Under the pieces are notes generated by a model. It did no database searches. It was not told the origin of the DNA and was given only the letters and a program-made list of their open reading frames with translations. From positions 9,858,001-9,922,000 of the forward strand of contig CM102290.1 in NCBI GenBank assembly GCA_046563655.1: DNA of 64,000 bases. The letters run 5' to 3'. This document shows positions 42,328 through 64,000 of this stretch, one piece after another; position 1 is the first letter of the stretch, and each line of letters starts with the position of its first letter. A program made the position numbers and the translations under genes. Source of the stretch: Yuukianura sp. NJ FZ-2021 (Eukaryota).

Positions 42328-42890
42328 TTAGTCCCACTCCCAGTGATTTCCTGGTGTCACAGGCTTCTTCAGGGTGGCTGCAGATTTGGGTTCGCTGAAA
42401 AACGAATGCAACAAAAATGGTAAAAGTTTAAAAAACAAATTAAAAATTGTTATCATTAGCAGATCCAGGGTTGGTGTATCATGCACCAACCCTGGTTAGA
42501 TCTTTACTTTCCAGCTGTGATTTGCTTCCTTGTGACTCCGGTTACGAAAACCGTTGGAGGAGCCACTTCTCTACGTCCATCACGAGCGTAATAGTGGTTT
42601 CCTGATAACTTATGAGCCTCTCCATCCGGGAGAATTGGTTGTGGCTGTGTTCTGGCCGCTAACAATGGTGCATACCGGAGAGCACTTTTCTCTGGAGTAT
42701 GTTTCCTCTGGAACATGGAAAAAACGTACAAATTAGTAACAATATTGTAAAAGACGTAGTGAGTTTAATTTTTTGATTGATTCTAGGTGCTTATAAATAA
42801 TTGTTGTGTTAGTTTACTTACCCCTAATAGAGCATTGCGAATTAACTGTAGAATTGGTGTTACATTCCGAGGAGCCACTTTGTCAGCCAT
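42328..42890 (-). CDS. NDUFA7: NADH:ubiquinone oxidoreductase subunit A7 (B14.5a), 111 aa, 3 exons
   Basis: Exons 42890-42822, 42707-42508, 42394-42328 (336 nt). Motifs RNVTPILQLIRNALLGR, AARTQPQPILPDGEAHKLSGNHYYARDGRREVAPP and KPVTPGNHWEWD*. Confidence 0.95.
42465..42495. repeat. Perfect 12-bp inverted repeat in NDUFA7 intron 2 (collapsed mini-MITE?)
   Basis: CCAGGGTTGGTG-TATCATG-CACCAACCCTGG. Confidence 0.85.
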
Positions 42891-43466
42891 TCTTTACGGA
42901 GTTTTTGAGTAATGCTTGCCGGTAGTTGGTAATAGACAACACAACACAGACACTGCTAAACCTAGTTAAATCGATTCGAACTCGAATACAACTTTTTTCG
43001 TTTTTTTTTCTCTAATTTTGATAGTATTTTTCCAAAATTATTTCTAAAAAAAAAACAAAACAAAAACAGCTGAAAGGTGTAATTTCAAAATCTCATTTTC
43101 CGGGGTTTGTATTTGCGCCAAATTCAAAAACATAGTGTTTCCAAATTAGAGTTCACGATTCATAAAAACTGAAATTGCACTTTTTGCACTTTTCTATACT
43201 TTTTGTACTTTTACCCGATAAGCGGGTTTTGTGCAACGCAGTTAATTTACTGCCTTTTCACTTTTACTAATTAGTTGAGTAGAGTTAGTTTAGTAAGCTA
43301 ATTACTAGATTAGTTAGTTAATACACCCGGTGATTGGTGTAGTTGCAAAGGCGGATTTGGTCTTGAATTGCATGTTCCGGTTCCTGCACTTGTCGGCTAT
43401 TGTGAAAATACATGTGACTCCGGTGTTACATCACCCTCTTGTCATTTAAGGATTTGTAGACACATT

Positions 43467-44302
43467 ATGGCAAGCGAACGCGGTGGTGGAGGTGGTGACC
43501 TCGGGAACAAAGGCTACTTTGGCGTAGGGTCTCACATTAAATGTCGCTACCAAGGTGGAGAAGTCGAAGGGGAAGTTGCAGCTTTTCAGAACAGCTCAAG
43601 GCTCCTAATCATTCGTAAGTTTCCCGTAGTAAACCATTCAATTAGCATCGCACATCGATCAGAACCTATACTTGCAAACTGTCACCGGGCTGTAACTAAC
43701 TGTGTCTCTGATTTCCAGGAGCGCCTGCTTCCAATGGAAACTCAAACTCCAGTAACGTGTATTTGATTAATGCCGACTGTGTGGACAAGATAAGTGTAGA
43801 TGACAGTCCAACTGTGGACAACCTTAAACCAATTGACTTTAATAAGGTTAGCACAAGGGTTCATGACTCTGCCAACCAAACCATCATCAGCCTTTTCAAT
43901 TTCACTTAAATTATACCGAAAAACTTATTTTTCCACTTGCAGCTTGGAAAAAGACGTGAGAAGTCAATCGGTTCAAAGCAAGCACGTATCCGTGCCTTGG
44001 CCGCTGACGTAAGCCCGGAGGGGAAGCAGCTTTTTCTAGCCATCACCAAAACGTAAGTGTCATCGACTGTCCTTCAAAAGTTGACAAAACGCAAGCCTAA
44101 TCTATTGTATAATTAACTTTTCAATTGATTTTTTAGGATTGATGAAGTAACTTGGGAAGGATCAGTGATCCTCGTTCTAAATGAAGTACGCATCTCATCA
44201 CCCTACAAAGTGGAGAACGTCGAAGGAGAAAAGGAGGCTTCAGTTTGTCATATTAAGAAGGTAGTAGAAAAGTATTGGAAAGAGCACACTCCACCAGTCT
44301 AA
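43467..44302 (+). CDS. LSM12: LSM12 homolog, 183 aa, 4 exons
   Basis: Exons 43467-43614, 43719-43846, 43943-44052, 44137-44302 (552 nt). LSM domain (YFGVGSHIKC...VEGEVAAF...LLII) and AD domain (DVSPEGKQLFLAITKTIDEVTWEG..ILVLNEVRISSPYKVENV...HIKKVVEK). Confidence 0.93.
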
Positions 44303-45374
44303 CTTCTTAAGCTCTAGATTTTGTCAATTTACAATTTAATACTACATGAATCCATTCTTACGTCATCAACCATTATAGTCTTTAATTACGGATATTTACC
44401 CCAGTTAGATTCAATTTGAATCAAGTAAAGAAAAAAGTTTTTTTTAAATACTAACGATAAGTTTGTTTTCCGTTCTAAAAACACCTCATACGGCCTAACT
44501 TCTTTTGTCTGTCTTACGTCAGTTTTCGTCAAGAATTTAGGCTAACAGCTTCCTCTTTTCTTTCATTTCAATTCGATTCGGCTCCAATTGAACTGAGGGA
44601 ACCTTAGTTTCGTACTCTTTCTGTAACAAATCGACCGAATCCACCTCCATTGTTACACCAAAAAAGACTTTTTTAAACTCAATTTCCCTTTCCGTACGAT
44701 TGACCATGAAAAAAAGGAAGATTTCTCTTTAAATCTATTTTTTTGTCATAGTTACTCCCTTCAAAACTTCTCGACTTCAGAAGCTAGTGCTTTCGACAAC
44801 TTAAGTGCGCAAGACCTATACTTACATACTTGTCACTTGTGACATAGAGTTATACAGATACGTGTCACTTGTGACATGACCTTACACTACCAGGAACCAT
44901 TTCTCAGAAGTAATCGATTTAAGTAGTTCAAGTGGAATGTGATTCCCTTGACGCCAAACCACTGGATTCGAATATCCTTGAATCTTCACTTTACCTTGTC
45001 AAGCCAAAACCACTAACTACTTTGTTAATTGCTCAATTTTCAGAAAGGAACCTTTACATTACTAACGTTGTCACCAAAGTTCAAACTTCAATTTTTTTAA
45101 AAGTCAGACTTATGAAAATGCGACATTGAGAAGTTGGGGGCGTAGGGACGCAACGAAGCAGCAATTGCTACTATTTCCCCAGAAGTGGTACAAGTGGACA
45201 AACCAATTATTCATTCAGACACAGAATGAATTGGGGAGTAGTTGAATCTTTTTCTTTTCCTTTGTACCAATTGTTGTACTGTTATTAAAATTGGAAATTT
45301 CCAAGTTTCTAAAATTTCAAAATAGTGTCAACACCAAGTGGCTGAGCACTAGACATCCTCGTACTAAATGGAAG

Positions 45375-48300
45375 ATGGCGAGGTTCGCCATTTTGGTGGC
45401 CATTTTCCTTTTGAATCTTATCAGCGCACCAAGGATTGCTGAAGCGCAACTCAGGTAAAAAAGCGATTGACAAAAACATCTCTTACCTTAAAATCGTCCA
45501 TTGAAGTTGAAGATTAATCCTAGTATTTTCGTGGTTTCAGGCACCTTGATCAACTCGTGTTTGACAAACCTCGTGAAGATGAAGTGCGAGACTTTGCTCA
45601 GGGGCCACGAGGTCGTGCAGCTCCGAAATCAGCCGATGCTTGTGATCCGAGTTTTCATCGCGTCATTCGGAATCAACCGCAACGAAGCTATAACCACCGA
45701 CTGGGATCTTCTACGCATCGAGAAGAAGTACTCTGTGACAGAGATTTGAATCGTGGATGGTATCGGTTTGAATCACTTGCTGGAAACGAAATTCCGACGT
45801 CATGTCCAGGGGTAAACTACTGCGGAACACGGGCTCCTGTTTGGATGAAAGGTAAATTTTAATTTAATAACTAGAAATGGATTTGAATTGATTTGATTGT
45901 GTTTTAATTACTTTTGAAACAGGCGTGGTGCCTACTGTAGAGGAAGGCATCATAGAAGCTCACGCATGCGTGTCTATCCAAGGGAAATGTTGCTCTACAC
46001 AAATTCCAATGCTGGTTAAAAATTGTTCAACTTTTCTGGTGTATCAGCTCGAGCCAACGCCTGCGTGTCCGTCGGCCTACTGCGCAGGGTACGAAGTCCC
46101 TTGTCCTATTGGCTTGTCCAGCGAAACTGGTTATACTCCATGTCACTGCAAGTTCACAATAATAATTAAGTGTTAATTAATCAAATACTTTAAATTAGTC
46201 AATTTTAATGAAATACTTCAAATCTTACCAGTTCCAGTTGACCTGCTGGAAACCAAAGTTTCTTTTGGTCTGAACAAAGACCAAAGCCAACTTAATTTTT
46301 TTTGTGACGTTACTCTCGGCGGTCACGTGGTTCCGGAATCGGTGGCATTGGAGGTTGAGTGGCTTGCTGACGACGAATCGATTCAGTCAGAAACATTTGG
46401 ACTCGTTCAGCAACACAAGGGAGTACTCAAAGAAGAGAAGTGGACTATCGGTCAAACTGTGAGTCTCCGGTTTTATCTTTAGACATAAAAAAAATCACAT
46501 AACATAACTGCGAAAAATATAATATAAAGTAAAAATATAAATGAATGGAGACTTGGACCTGTTTATTAGCTTCAATGTCGAGCAAGAGCGAGGCATTCCA
46601 CCATCAACACATTTACGTCCTTCGTCACAAGTCCTCCGTTCGTCACAGGCTTCCTCTTCAAGCCATCTCGTACCATTTCACTCAACGAAGGTTCCAAAAT
46701 TCTGCAAAATAAAAATAATAATAGTTTTTTTCCGAAGTTTAGGAAAATTTTAGAAAACAAATTCATATTACATACAGGAGGAGAACCGGGATTTGTTGAA
46801 TTTCAATCTTCGATTCCAGTGACATGTCCACAGAAGAAGAAGAAAATGAAGGTCAAAGGTCGTGTGAGGAACAGAAACAAACGGAAAGACGAAGAGGCTG
46901 AGGCAGAAAGCGAAGAGAACGAAGATGCCTGTTGCGTCAATTTGGAAATTTCAACTCGCTTAGGACACACACCACGCTGCCCAGATGGAAATCCATATGA
47001 TTTGGTCAGTTCCCTGCAAATTAAAACTTAATTTAAGTTCAATTCATTGAGTATAATATAATATAATTTATTTTAATTGTTTAAATTCATTTCCTTGTAT
47101 TGTTGCTTGTTCAGGTTGTTCTGAGCAGTTGTTCATTCAAAGTGTGCTCTGAAGAGTGGAATGCCACGCAACGAATACCTGTCTGGGCTGTAAGTGATGG
47201 ACTACGTGGGGCGAATAGAGACAGCGAACCGTCCACTGTGTTTCTGGACATGCGCAGTGCCGAATCGAGCCCGCCGCGGTGGCAGGACCTTAATTTTCCT
47301 ACACAGGAGGTAAGATTTAATTAGTTAACTGTTAACTTAACTATTAGCTTAATTTTAAGTCAATGTTAGATAAGATAACGCTTACATTTAGAATTTGGTA
47401 TTGGTTTCAGATTCGAGTTACTCCTGGTGACGTGAGTGAGAAATGTCAGACGGACGAAGCGACCTTGACCTTTGATGGCCTCACCTACAGGAATGGCCTG
47501 GAAGGAGTCTTTGTCCTGTACAAACATAAAACACTTCCATACGAAGTCCAAGTATTTTTCCGAAAATGCAAGTGGAGAAGAATCTGCAATTGTGGGGTTG
47601 CGATTCGGTTTGGCGATGTGATGCTGGCAGCCGAAGTTTGTCAAACTGGACAATTACGACTGTGGAGTTTCACTTCTGACGGGAACTACATCGAACCAAA
47701 CAAAATCACACATTTACCACAAATTATGAGAGTAGACGAAGGCAGGAGCTTTCAAGTGAGTATTTCCGCAATTCGTTAACAAATATGAACTTTTAGTTTT
47801 TCAACATTTGTTGATTTTTTTTACCTGTTTAGATCCAATTTCCAAGTGGAACTAGAGTCAGCTTCGGACCGAACTTGAGATTTATCAGAGTCCAAGCTTC
47901 CATATCCGATTTAGACCAAACACTAGGGCTCTGCGGGTCATTTGACCGTGACAGCAGCAATGACCTCAAGACTTACAAAGGCGTGTTGGTCGAATGTCCA
48001 TTTGTGAATGCAACTTGCGATGAATTTTCCAAAGCTTGGCGCCTTCCCACTGAACAAAGTCTTTTTCACGGTGTTTTTGGAGCTGTTGAACAAGAAGACG
48101 AAGATTTTCTGGCTCCCGGGAAGTGCAGTTGTTCGGGATTAGACAAAACTCCGAAATCGGATCTTCGTCCCAAGGCCAAATCCAAGTTCTCTTCCTATCC
48201 CTATGGCGAATTCAGTGCTGCCGAAGAACCGGAAGAAGAATCGGAATCAAACAACAACAAGTGCGTAAGCGCAGCGTGTGTGGATCCGCGTGGATCGGAT

Positions 48301-50486
48301 GTGACTCTGGAGTTGCTGGAACTTCTTCAAGAGGATGACTTTGTCCAGGACGTGACACTCGGCCGTGAATCCTTGGGAATCGCTGACGATCTTCCAGTTC
48401 TGTTCGATTCAACTGTTTCCAGTGCACAGCAGCGTCGTGATCGAGCCTGGAAAAGAGAAGAAGCAGAAGTGTTTTGTCTGCGGATGATCGAAGGCGTGTC
48501 AACAGCCAAACTCTGTCGAGATGTGGCTCATGTTGACGTAGACACTCACAGAGCTGCTTGCGAGCGGGAAATTTTGGTAATCTGATACCAGTCAACACCA
48601 TTTTTTTCAGATATTGAAAAAAAAAACGTTTCAAGCTTTTGAACAAACGTTTTTCTGAATTTTGTTGTTCAGATGAGCAAATCGGAATCCCGTTCCAGCG
48701 AAGCGTTGGAACAGTTGCGCTGGGAATGCCGAGACGAAGTATACCATAACGTCAGCATTTGGGAACCTCAATTGGGTCATGTGTTTGGTACACCGCCGCA
48801 AGGACTTCTTACTGCATTGTGCCTCAACAATTGTTCTGCGCATGGGCCTTGTCATGCTGGTCATTCCCCCATTTGCAATCCTTGTTTTTAAATTCATTTT
48901 TCAAACACACCTAACTTTTTTTGTTCGAAAATATGTTTTAGGAGTGTGCAATTGCGAACCAATTTACGGAGGATCAGACTGTTCAGTGAACGTCAACGAA
49001 GGCCCATACGTGACTCACCTGAACCACAGAGGAGTCTGTGACCTTCGGAACAAAGCTTGTAGCGAAGTCATTGTCTGGGGAACAAAATTTGCTAAGCATC
49101 CGTCAATCAAGTGTCACTTTGACATCTATCGAGTTAGAACATCAAAAAAAAGTTATAATTCAAACCAACTTTTTTGGCAAAAGTTTATAAAATTTCTGAA
49201 TTATGATTTTCAGACAACAAATGTCAGATCAGTACCCACATTGTCTGAAAGTTTGACGACGGAAGGACGATTGCTCACCTTCCAGTCAATCATTTGTGAC
49301 GTCCCTGAACTGCCTATCCACGACGCCAAAATTGCATCGTTCTACATCCCAGGTTTTTGTTTTGGTTTTTTTGTCTTTTCCTTGACATTATTTCAAATTC
49401 CAACAAAAGAATTCCAAGACTTACTTTAATTATTTTTGAAAATTTTCTGTTTGCTTTTAGGTGAGGGCCTTGACAAGACGAGGTAAAATTTTTCTTTTTT
49501 AAAATGTCAGAATATTTTGGAAAAAGTTACCTTATTGTTTCATGGAATTGCAGAACACTGATGCGGTTGAGTTTAAGTTATGGTCCAAATGCTGCCAGGA
49601 GTCCTGTTCTGGACTACACAATTTTTGACAGTTTGTGTTGGACGTGTGAGGACCCCTTGAGCTGCGTCCCTACGCCCACGCAGAGTTGCAACGTCCTGAG
49701 TGAGCCCTTTGGAACCAGCAGTGACCCTCTGTTTCAAAATAATTTTGAAGAACCCTTAAGAAGCACCGGATTCTCGCTTCAAGAGGCTCCAGTTCCACAA
49801 CCACCAGAGGCCCTTCCACATCCTACTCTTGGTGGACCCTGTCGTCTTCGCAAAGAACCTGGTAAAACTTACCAAAATATTATAAGCTCAAGACACTAAA
49901 TTAATTAACTAATTCTTATTTAATATTGTAGTTTAATAACTTAATCTAAGCCGAAACCAATTCTATTCTTTGACCTGCAGGTCCTTGCCGTCAAGACCTG
50001 GTTCGCTACTACTTCGACTCAGAAGGACAGCGATGCAAGCCATTCATCTACGGAGGATGTTCGGGTAATCCTGATTATCTATCCAATTCTAATGAATAAT
50101 CATTAGATTATAGGTTCTACTTACCTTAAAAACTAGTCTAGTAAAGACTAATCTAGAAACTAGTTAAGCTAAAACTTATTTTCACTTAAAACTTACTTGA
50201 ATTTTGTTTTCATTTAGGAAATGGAAACAACTTTGAGACGATTGAAGGTTGTTTGTCGACTTGTGTCAAGACAAAAGAAGATATTTCATCGTCTTCGTCC
50301 GGTCTGTCCCACCTCCAACTTCCACCGAAATGTCGTTCCCGTCCGGACGACTCGTGTGGTGACCCTGAGCTCGTCCAGTACTATTTTGACTCCGTCCAGA
50401 ACCGATGTCGTCCAGCCATCTCATGCAGAGAAGATTCCTTCTCTGACCTGACGTCCTGTGCAACAGAGTGCACAAAACTAAGATGA
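45375..50486 (+). CDS. VWDE-like secreted protein (signal peptide, D8C-like, VWD, EGF-like) with C-terminal Kunitz domain(s), ~1224 aa, 16 exons
   Basis: Exons 45375-45454, 45541-45851, 45923-46147, 46232-46458, 46570-46690, 46778-47004, 47115-47309, 47411-47755, 47833-48576, 48673-48859, 48942-49132, 49214-49352, 49461-49482, 49554-49861, 49981-50064, 50218-50486 (3675 nt in frame). Motifs [12 protein letters not shown]...[13 protein letters not shown]...CNCGVA...[37 protein letters not shown] and [13 protein letters not shown]...[13 protein letters not shown]. Confidence 0.88.
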
Positions 50487-50614
50487 TTTCTTACCAAAAA
50501 TCACATTTCACTAACAGTTAACCTAACTTATACTATTTTCTACAACTAGTGTTTTTGCAACCGTATTTTTTACACCTAACCTAATTTTTTCTATATTGCG
50601 CTTAAATGCGTAAC

Positions 50615-50651
50615 AATAAATGTACAACTAACAAACGTTTACTTGTTTATT
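50615..50651. terminator. Opposed poly(A) signals of the VWDE-like gene and the orphan ORF
   Basis: AATAAA on + at 50615-50620 and AATAAA on - at 50651-50646. Confidence 0.55.
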
Positions 50652-50735
50652 CACTTTTTTTCAAAAAATGTATGTCTTTTGATGATTTTTTTTCTTCTCG
50701 GTTGTTGTTAAATTGCATGTCACCAACTTCCCTCA

Positions 50736-51140
50736 TCAGTATCGTTCCACCACTTGTGTCTTACCTCGACACACCCCTCTACCCCTGGTCAAGCACAACG
50801 TTCTGTTGGTGTACTTGGGATCATCGACCTCCAGAAAATGTTCGATCCAGTCCAGCAGAGCGTCCAGTTCAGCCGTCAAGTCTTTGTCGATCCGATTCAG
50901 TTGCCGCTTGAGTCCTGCTAGAGTATTTCCAAGTTCATGAAAACTTTGGCTGAGTTCCTTGAGGTGATCCATTTTTTCCCGAAGGTCATTCAGTTGCTGC
51001 TCAGACACGTCGAGTCTGTGCATAGTCATCACTGACAAGTGCGCAATGAACAAGAAGGCTCCAACAACAAACACGACAATCCGAATCCCGGGTTTCTTGA
51101 TCAGTGTCCTCCCTGTTTCAACGTAGATTGCCAACGTCAT
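50736..51140 (-). CDS. Orphan 134-aa protein: N-terminal TM/signal-anchor plus coiled coil
   Basis: The ATG is preceded by a strong acceptor (TTTTCTTTTTCAG|ATTTTCAG|CTGAAGGATG). Hydrophobic IVVFVVGAFLFIAHLSVM is followed by heptad-like LDVSEQQLNDLREKMDHLKEL...LKRQLNRIDKDL. AATAAA lies ~85 nt past the stop. Confidence 0.7.
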   Translation of the reverse strand: MTLAIYVETGRTLIKKPGIRIVVFVVGAFLFIAHLSVMTMHRLDVSEQQLNDLREKMDHLKELSQSFHELGNTLAGLKRQLNRIDKDLTAELDALLDWIEHFLEVDDPKYTNRTLCLTRGRGVCRGKTQVVERY

Positions 51141-51171
51141 CCTTCAGCTGAAAATCTGAAAAAGAAAAGTA

Positions 51172-51330
51172 AAACGTCAGAATAAAGTCAAACGTATAAA
51201 AATTAAAATAAAAAAGTCAGAATAAAGTCACATGTCAACGATGAAAAGGAGCGAAAAGTCAGAAAAAGGTCAACGAAACCAGTGGAAAGTCAGAAAAAAA
51301 GTCCGAAGTCCTAAGAAAGTCGAATAATTC
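51172..51330. repeat. Degenerate AAAGTCAGAA array in the intron upstream of the orphan ORF
   Basis: GTCAGAATAAAGTCA occurs twice, plus several AAAGTC(A/C/G) copies. Confidence 0.6.
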
Positions 51331-52503
51331 CTATTTTAGCACAAAAACTTTTGAAAGCTCTTTATAGAAATGAGTTTTCGTGTTTATTGCTTGGGACTAA
51401 AACAGAGTTTTGAAAGCTAAAATGGATTGATGGGAATGTGAAATCTAACACTTAGACGGTGGTTGGTTATGGTAAATCTACGCATTTAAAACAATTATTT
51501 GTACGGTTTCTCCCTCTTCCTTCGCTCTCACGATTGGTTACTCTAAAAATTTAAGTTATGCACATGCTCAATTCTACCACTTCCTGGACTATGGGTCCTA
51601 ACACTGTTAGAACACTAGCGTTCTAAACAACCTAGCTTTGATTTTCTAACTTTTTTAAGATTATTAGCTTCTTAAACTTATTAACAAGTATAACGATTCC
51701 CTCGGCGCCAGTTTTAAACATTTTTTGGCGCACACTCACCTCACCAACGAGAACGACTAGCGGAGAGACAAGGAAGCTCAGAAATACTCCAAAAAGCAAC
51801 GCAAAGAGAACAAAGTCCAAACAGAACAAAATCCCACAATCGCGTATGCCCAAACTCAGGATTCTAGTTTAAAAAAAAAACAGCGGGAAATTAAAATTGT
51901 TAAAACTTAAAACAATGTAAAACGTTACCATGGGAACAAAAAATAAGAAATTTGGTTTTGAAAAATGGCGACTAGAAGGCAGAGGTCGGTGATTAAACCA
52001 ACCTGAGCCCGAGAATCCATGCTCCTGTAGGTGATCTAAGGATAAGGTTAGGATTAGGATTAGCCTAACCTACTTTTTCTAAAAAGTTAACCTAGAACCG
52101 GCGTGAGCCTAAATTAGTAACAAAGTTAGTTAATTAGGAAAACTCTTAATTTCAGTTTAAGTAGGATGCTGAAAGAGTGTGTGCACTGGTGGAGGAGAAG
52201 TGCGGCAACGGAGAGCACAGATCCATTGGCCTGGGGCATGTTGAGATCTTCTCTGGAGCAGGTTCGAACTTAACTCCGATTGGTTAGATTAGGTTTTTAG
52301 GTGCATTCTTAACTGGTTTAGCCTAAAACGTAACGTTAATTCTGGAGGGGACGATATGGAGCACTCTGGGGCGGAGATTTAGACGTGGAATGCAGTGCGA
52401 CGAGGGAAATAAGTGGGGCGAGGAGATTTGTAATTCCTCGGAATGACAAGTACTTGGACGACTGGAGAGATTCCTATTGGTGGACTGGTGAAAATGGAAG
52501 ATT

Positions 52504-62733
<10,230 letters not shown>

Positions 62734-63249
62734 TGGTATTCAGGGCGCGGCTGGTGGAGCGGGAAAGTTAAAAAGTCTCGTTGGCTCCTCGGCTTTTCAT
62801 CCCTCCTTATCCTTCCTAATATTTCATATGCACGACGTTATTTTTGGGTTGCCGCTAGCAATACTATTTACATATTTTTCACATTGTGTCCTCCAAAAAC
62901 TGCTCCCCTTTATTTTTTGGGACATCATAGTAATGCATTTTAACGTCCTTTATCATTCATTGCAGCATCTCATAACTCCCATTCCACCACCACCACCAAG
63001 TAAATATTTGGACGCAAAAAGAAAAGAGCTTCAGAGACAATGGGACACATAAAGGCTACTCCGCACTTTCGCTTCCCAGGCACACCCTTCCCCAATAAAC
63101 AATCATCTCCTCAACTTTCACTCTGCACCACCCCATCAACATCATCACTAACCCCGCATCACTCACCTTACACCCACGCAACACGCTCAACATCCACACC
63201 ATAACATAATGCAACCAAAACTTAATCATTCCCTAACCTTATCCAGCTA

Positions 63250-63615
63250 TAACGTTATCTAATCCTGACATTGTGCAACTTTTTTAAATTAAAATTTTCA
63301 GTTAAGCACATTATGCAGTTCAAATACCTTTAAATCCTACGCACCCATTTCGAATTCTAACATCTTGAATTCTAATATCATTTAGTGCGAACATCGTTGG
63401 ATTGTAACACGTTTGAATTTTGACATAATTAAATGCCGATATCGTTCAATTTTAACCTGATTTAATCCTGGCATTGTTAACACCTACTCCAGCACCATTC
63501 AATCCTAAATTCATTGAATCCGGACATCCTTTAATAGTGAAAACGTTGAATCGTGACGTCATTGCATTCTAACGCAATCCAATCCTAACTTCCTTTAATT
63601 CAAACATCCTAACAT
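63250..63615. repeat. Degenerate 15-bp-period array (AATCCTAACATCGTTG-like), MITE-type internal repeat
   Basis: AATTCTAACATC, AATTCTAATATC, AATTTTGACATA, AATCCTGGCATT, AATCCGGACATC and AATCGTGACGTC recur at ~15-nt spacing. Confidence 0.75.
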
Positions 63616-64000
63616 TAATTAACCATAGTTTAACCTATCCCTTCAAAGCGGCGCAGAATAAAACATCCAACTTCAAATCCACTGATGGAATTGTACGGGG
63701 TTTAAACAAAACTAAAGTTTCTCTAAACAATACGCGAAAACTTTTATCTCACATGCAAAAATTTTTCGCGCAAAAAGTTTGAAAGTGCAAGAAAGTTGGA
63801 AGACAAGACACAAGGAGGAAAACTCATGAAATTTAATTCACGTAGAACCATTCTCTGTGAAAGTACGAAGTAAAAGCAGAGAGAAAAATGGAAAAACAGA
63901 AAAGTTTGAAAGTTGGCGGAGACTCAGCAGCACTTTTTGCGTCTCCCTTTTTTTATATGTGTTCTGTTTGCTTGTATTCTTTTGAGTTGGGCGGAGTTGC

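Overview
This is eukaryotic genomic DNA, most likely from an arthropod: introns are short and AT-rich, FoxP has arthropod-type alternative exons, and there are ecdysone-response-element-like palindromes. About 1-34 kb is almost entirely non-coding. It appears to be the 5' end and large introns of an unidentified minus-strand gene (probable UTR exons at 28070+ and 27196-27354, candidate first coding exon at 4159-4333). It is dense in nuclear-receptor, Blimp-1, ETS and PAR-bZIP-like motifs and carries several non-autonomous DNA transposons. From 35.3 to 51.2 kb is a compact gene block: ACTR1/Arp1 (-), SRSF11/SREK1-like SR protein (+), NDUFA7 (-), LSM12 (+), a VWDE-like secreted protein ending in Kunitz domains (+), and an orphan TM/coiled-coil ORF (-). 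From 52.5 to 62.7 kb is FoxP (-), with two pairs of alternative exons and two GC-AG introns. The best lead is a ~28-bp, strand-specific long-range RNA duplex. It would mask the 3' splice region of FoxP forkhead exon A and loop it out, a candidate mechanism for mutually exclusive splicing of the DNA-binding domain. Other leads are three perfect IR-1 EcRE palindromes, a possible spliced link from the FoxP 3' UTR to the orphan ORF, and the VWDE-Kunitz architecture. All gene models were read by eye and no database search was run.
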